Positions 63,759 to 64,000 of a DNA stretch of 64,000 bases are shown here, piece by piece. The position numbers and the translations under genes were made by a program. Each line of letters opens with the position of its first letter. Positions within the stretch are counted from its first letter, which is position 1. This DNA comes from Eledone cirrhosa (lineage: Eukaryota): positions 399,156,001 through 399,220,000 of the forward strand of contig OZ024741.1 of NCBI GenBank assembly GCA_964016885.1, given 5' to 3'. Under the pieces are notes generated by a model, which did not search any database, was not told the origin of the DNA, and worked only from the letters and a program-made list of their open reading frames with translations.

Positions 63759-64000
63759 ACATTCCTTCCACGTGTATCTTCAGTAAAGATCTCACAGATG
63801 TAATTTAAACATCTGTGGAATATTTTGGTCTACTTCTAAACAACAGATTAAAGGAATTCTTGTCATAATTTGTTAATAAATACTTCCTAGCTGTTCATCT
63901 TGTTGTTGCTGTTGTCGTTGGTTTTGCTCACCTTAAATCTTTGTATGATGGTGATGGTGATGGTGATAGTGATGATGATGGTGATGATGATGGTGATGGT

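Overview
AT-rich eukaryotic genomic DNA, almost entirely repetitive, with a ~200-N assembly gap at 58670-58869. The SINE families and microsatellite load suggest a cephalopod (Octopus-like) genome; this is inference. No intact host gene is evident apart from one weak candidate exon near 2.2 kb. The window holds: two head-to-tail decayed Tx1-type (L1 clade) LINEs ending in (TATC)n; several Penelope-like elements (PLEs; RT plus GIY-YIG) sitting in (TA)n tracts; an RTE LINE with three C-terminal C2H2-type fingers and its non-autonomous partners stacked in (TATG)n; CRE-like and other RTE-like fragments; many tRNA-derived SINEs; small DNA-transposon relics; and minisatellites. Most notable are (1) about 14 type I hammerhead ribozyme motifs in PLE terminal repeats, including U3-A8 core variants and one split by a SINE, (2) recurrent fold-back palindromes from ~50 bp to 2.1 kb at retroelement 5' junctions, and (3) an apparent partitioning of microsatellite types among retroelement families. 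Most ORFs in the supplied track are simple-repeat artefacts.
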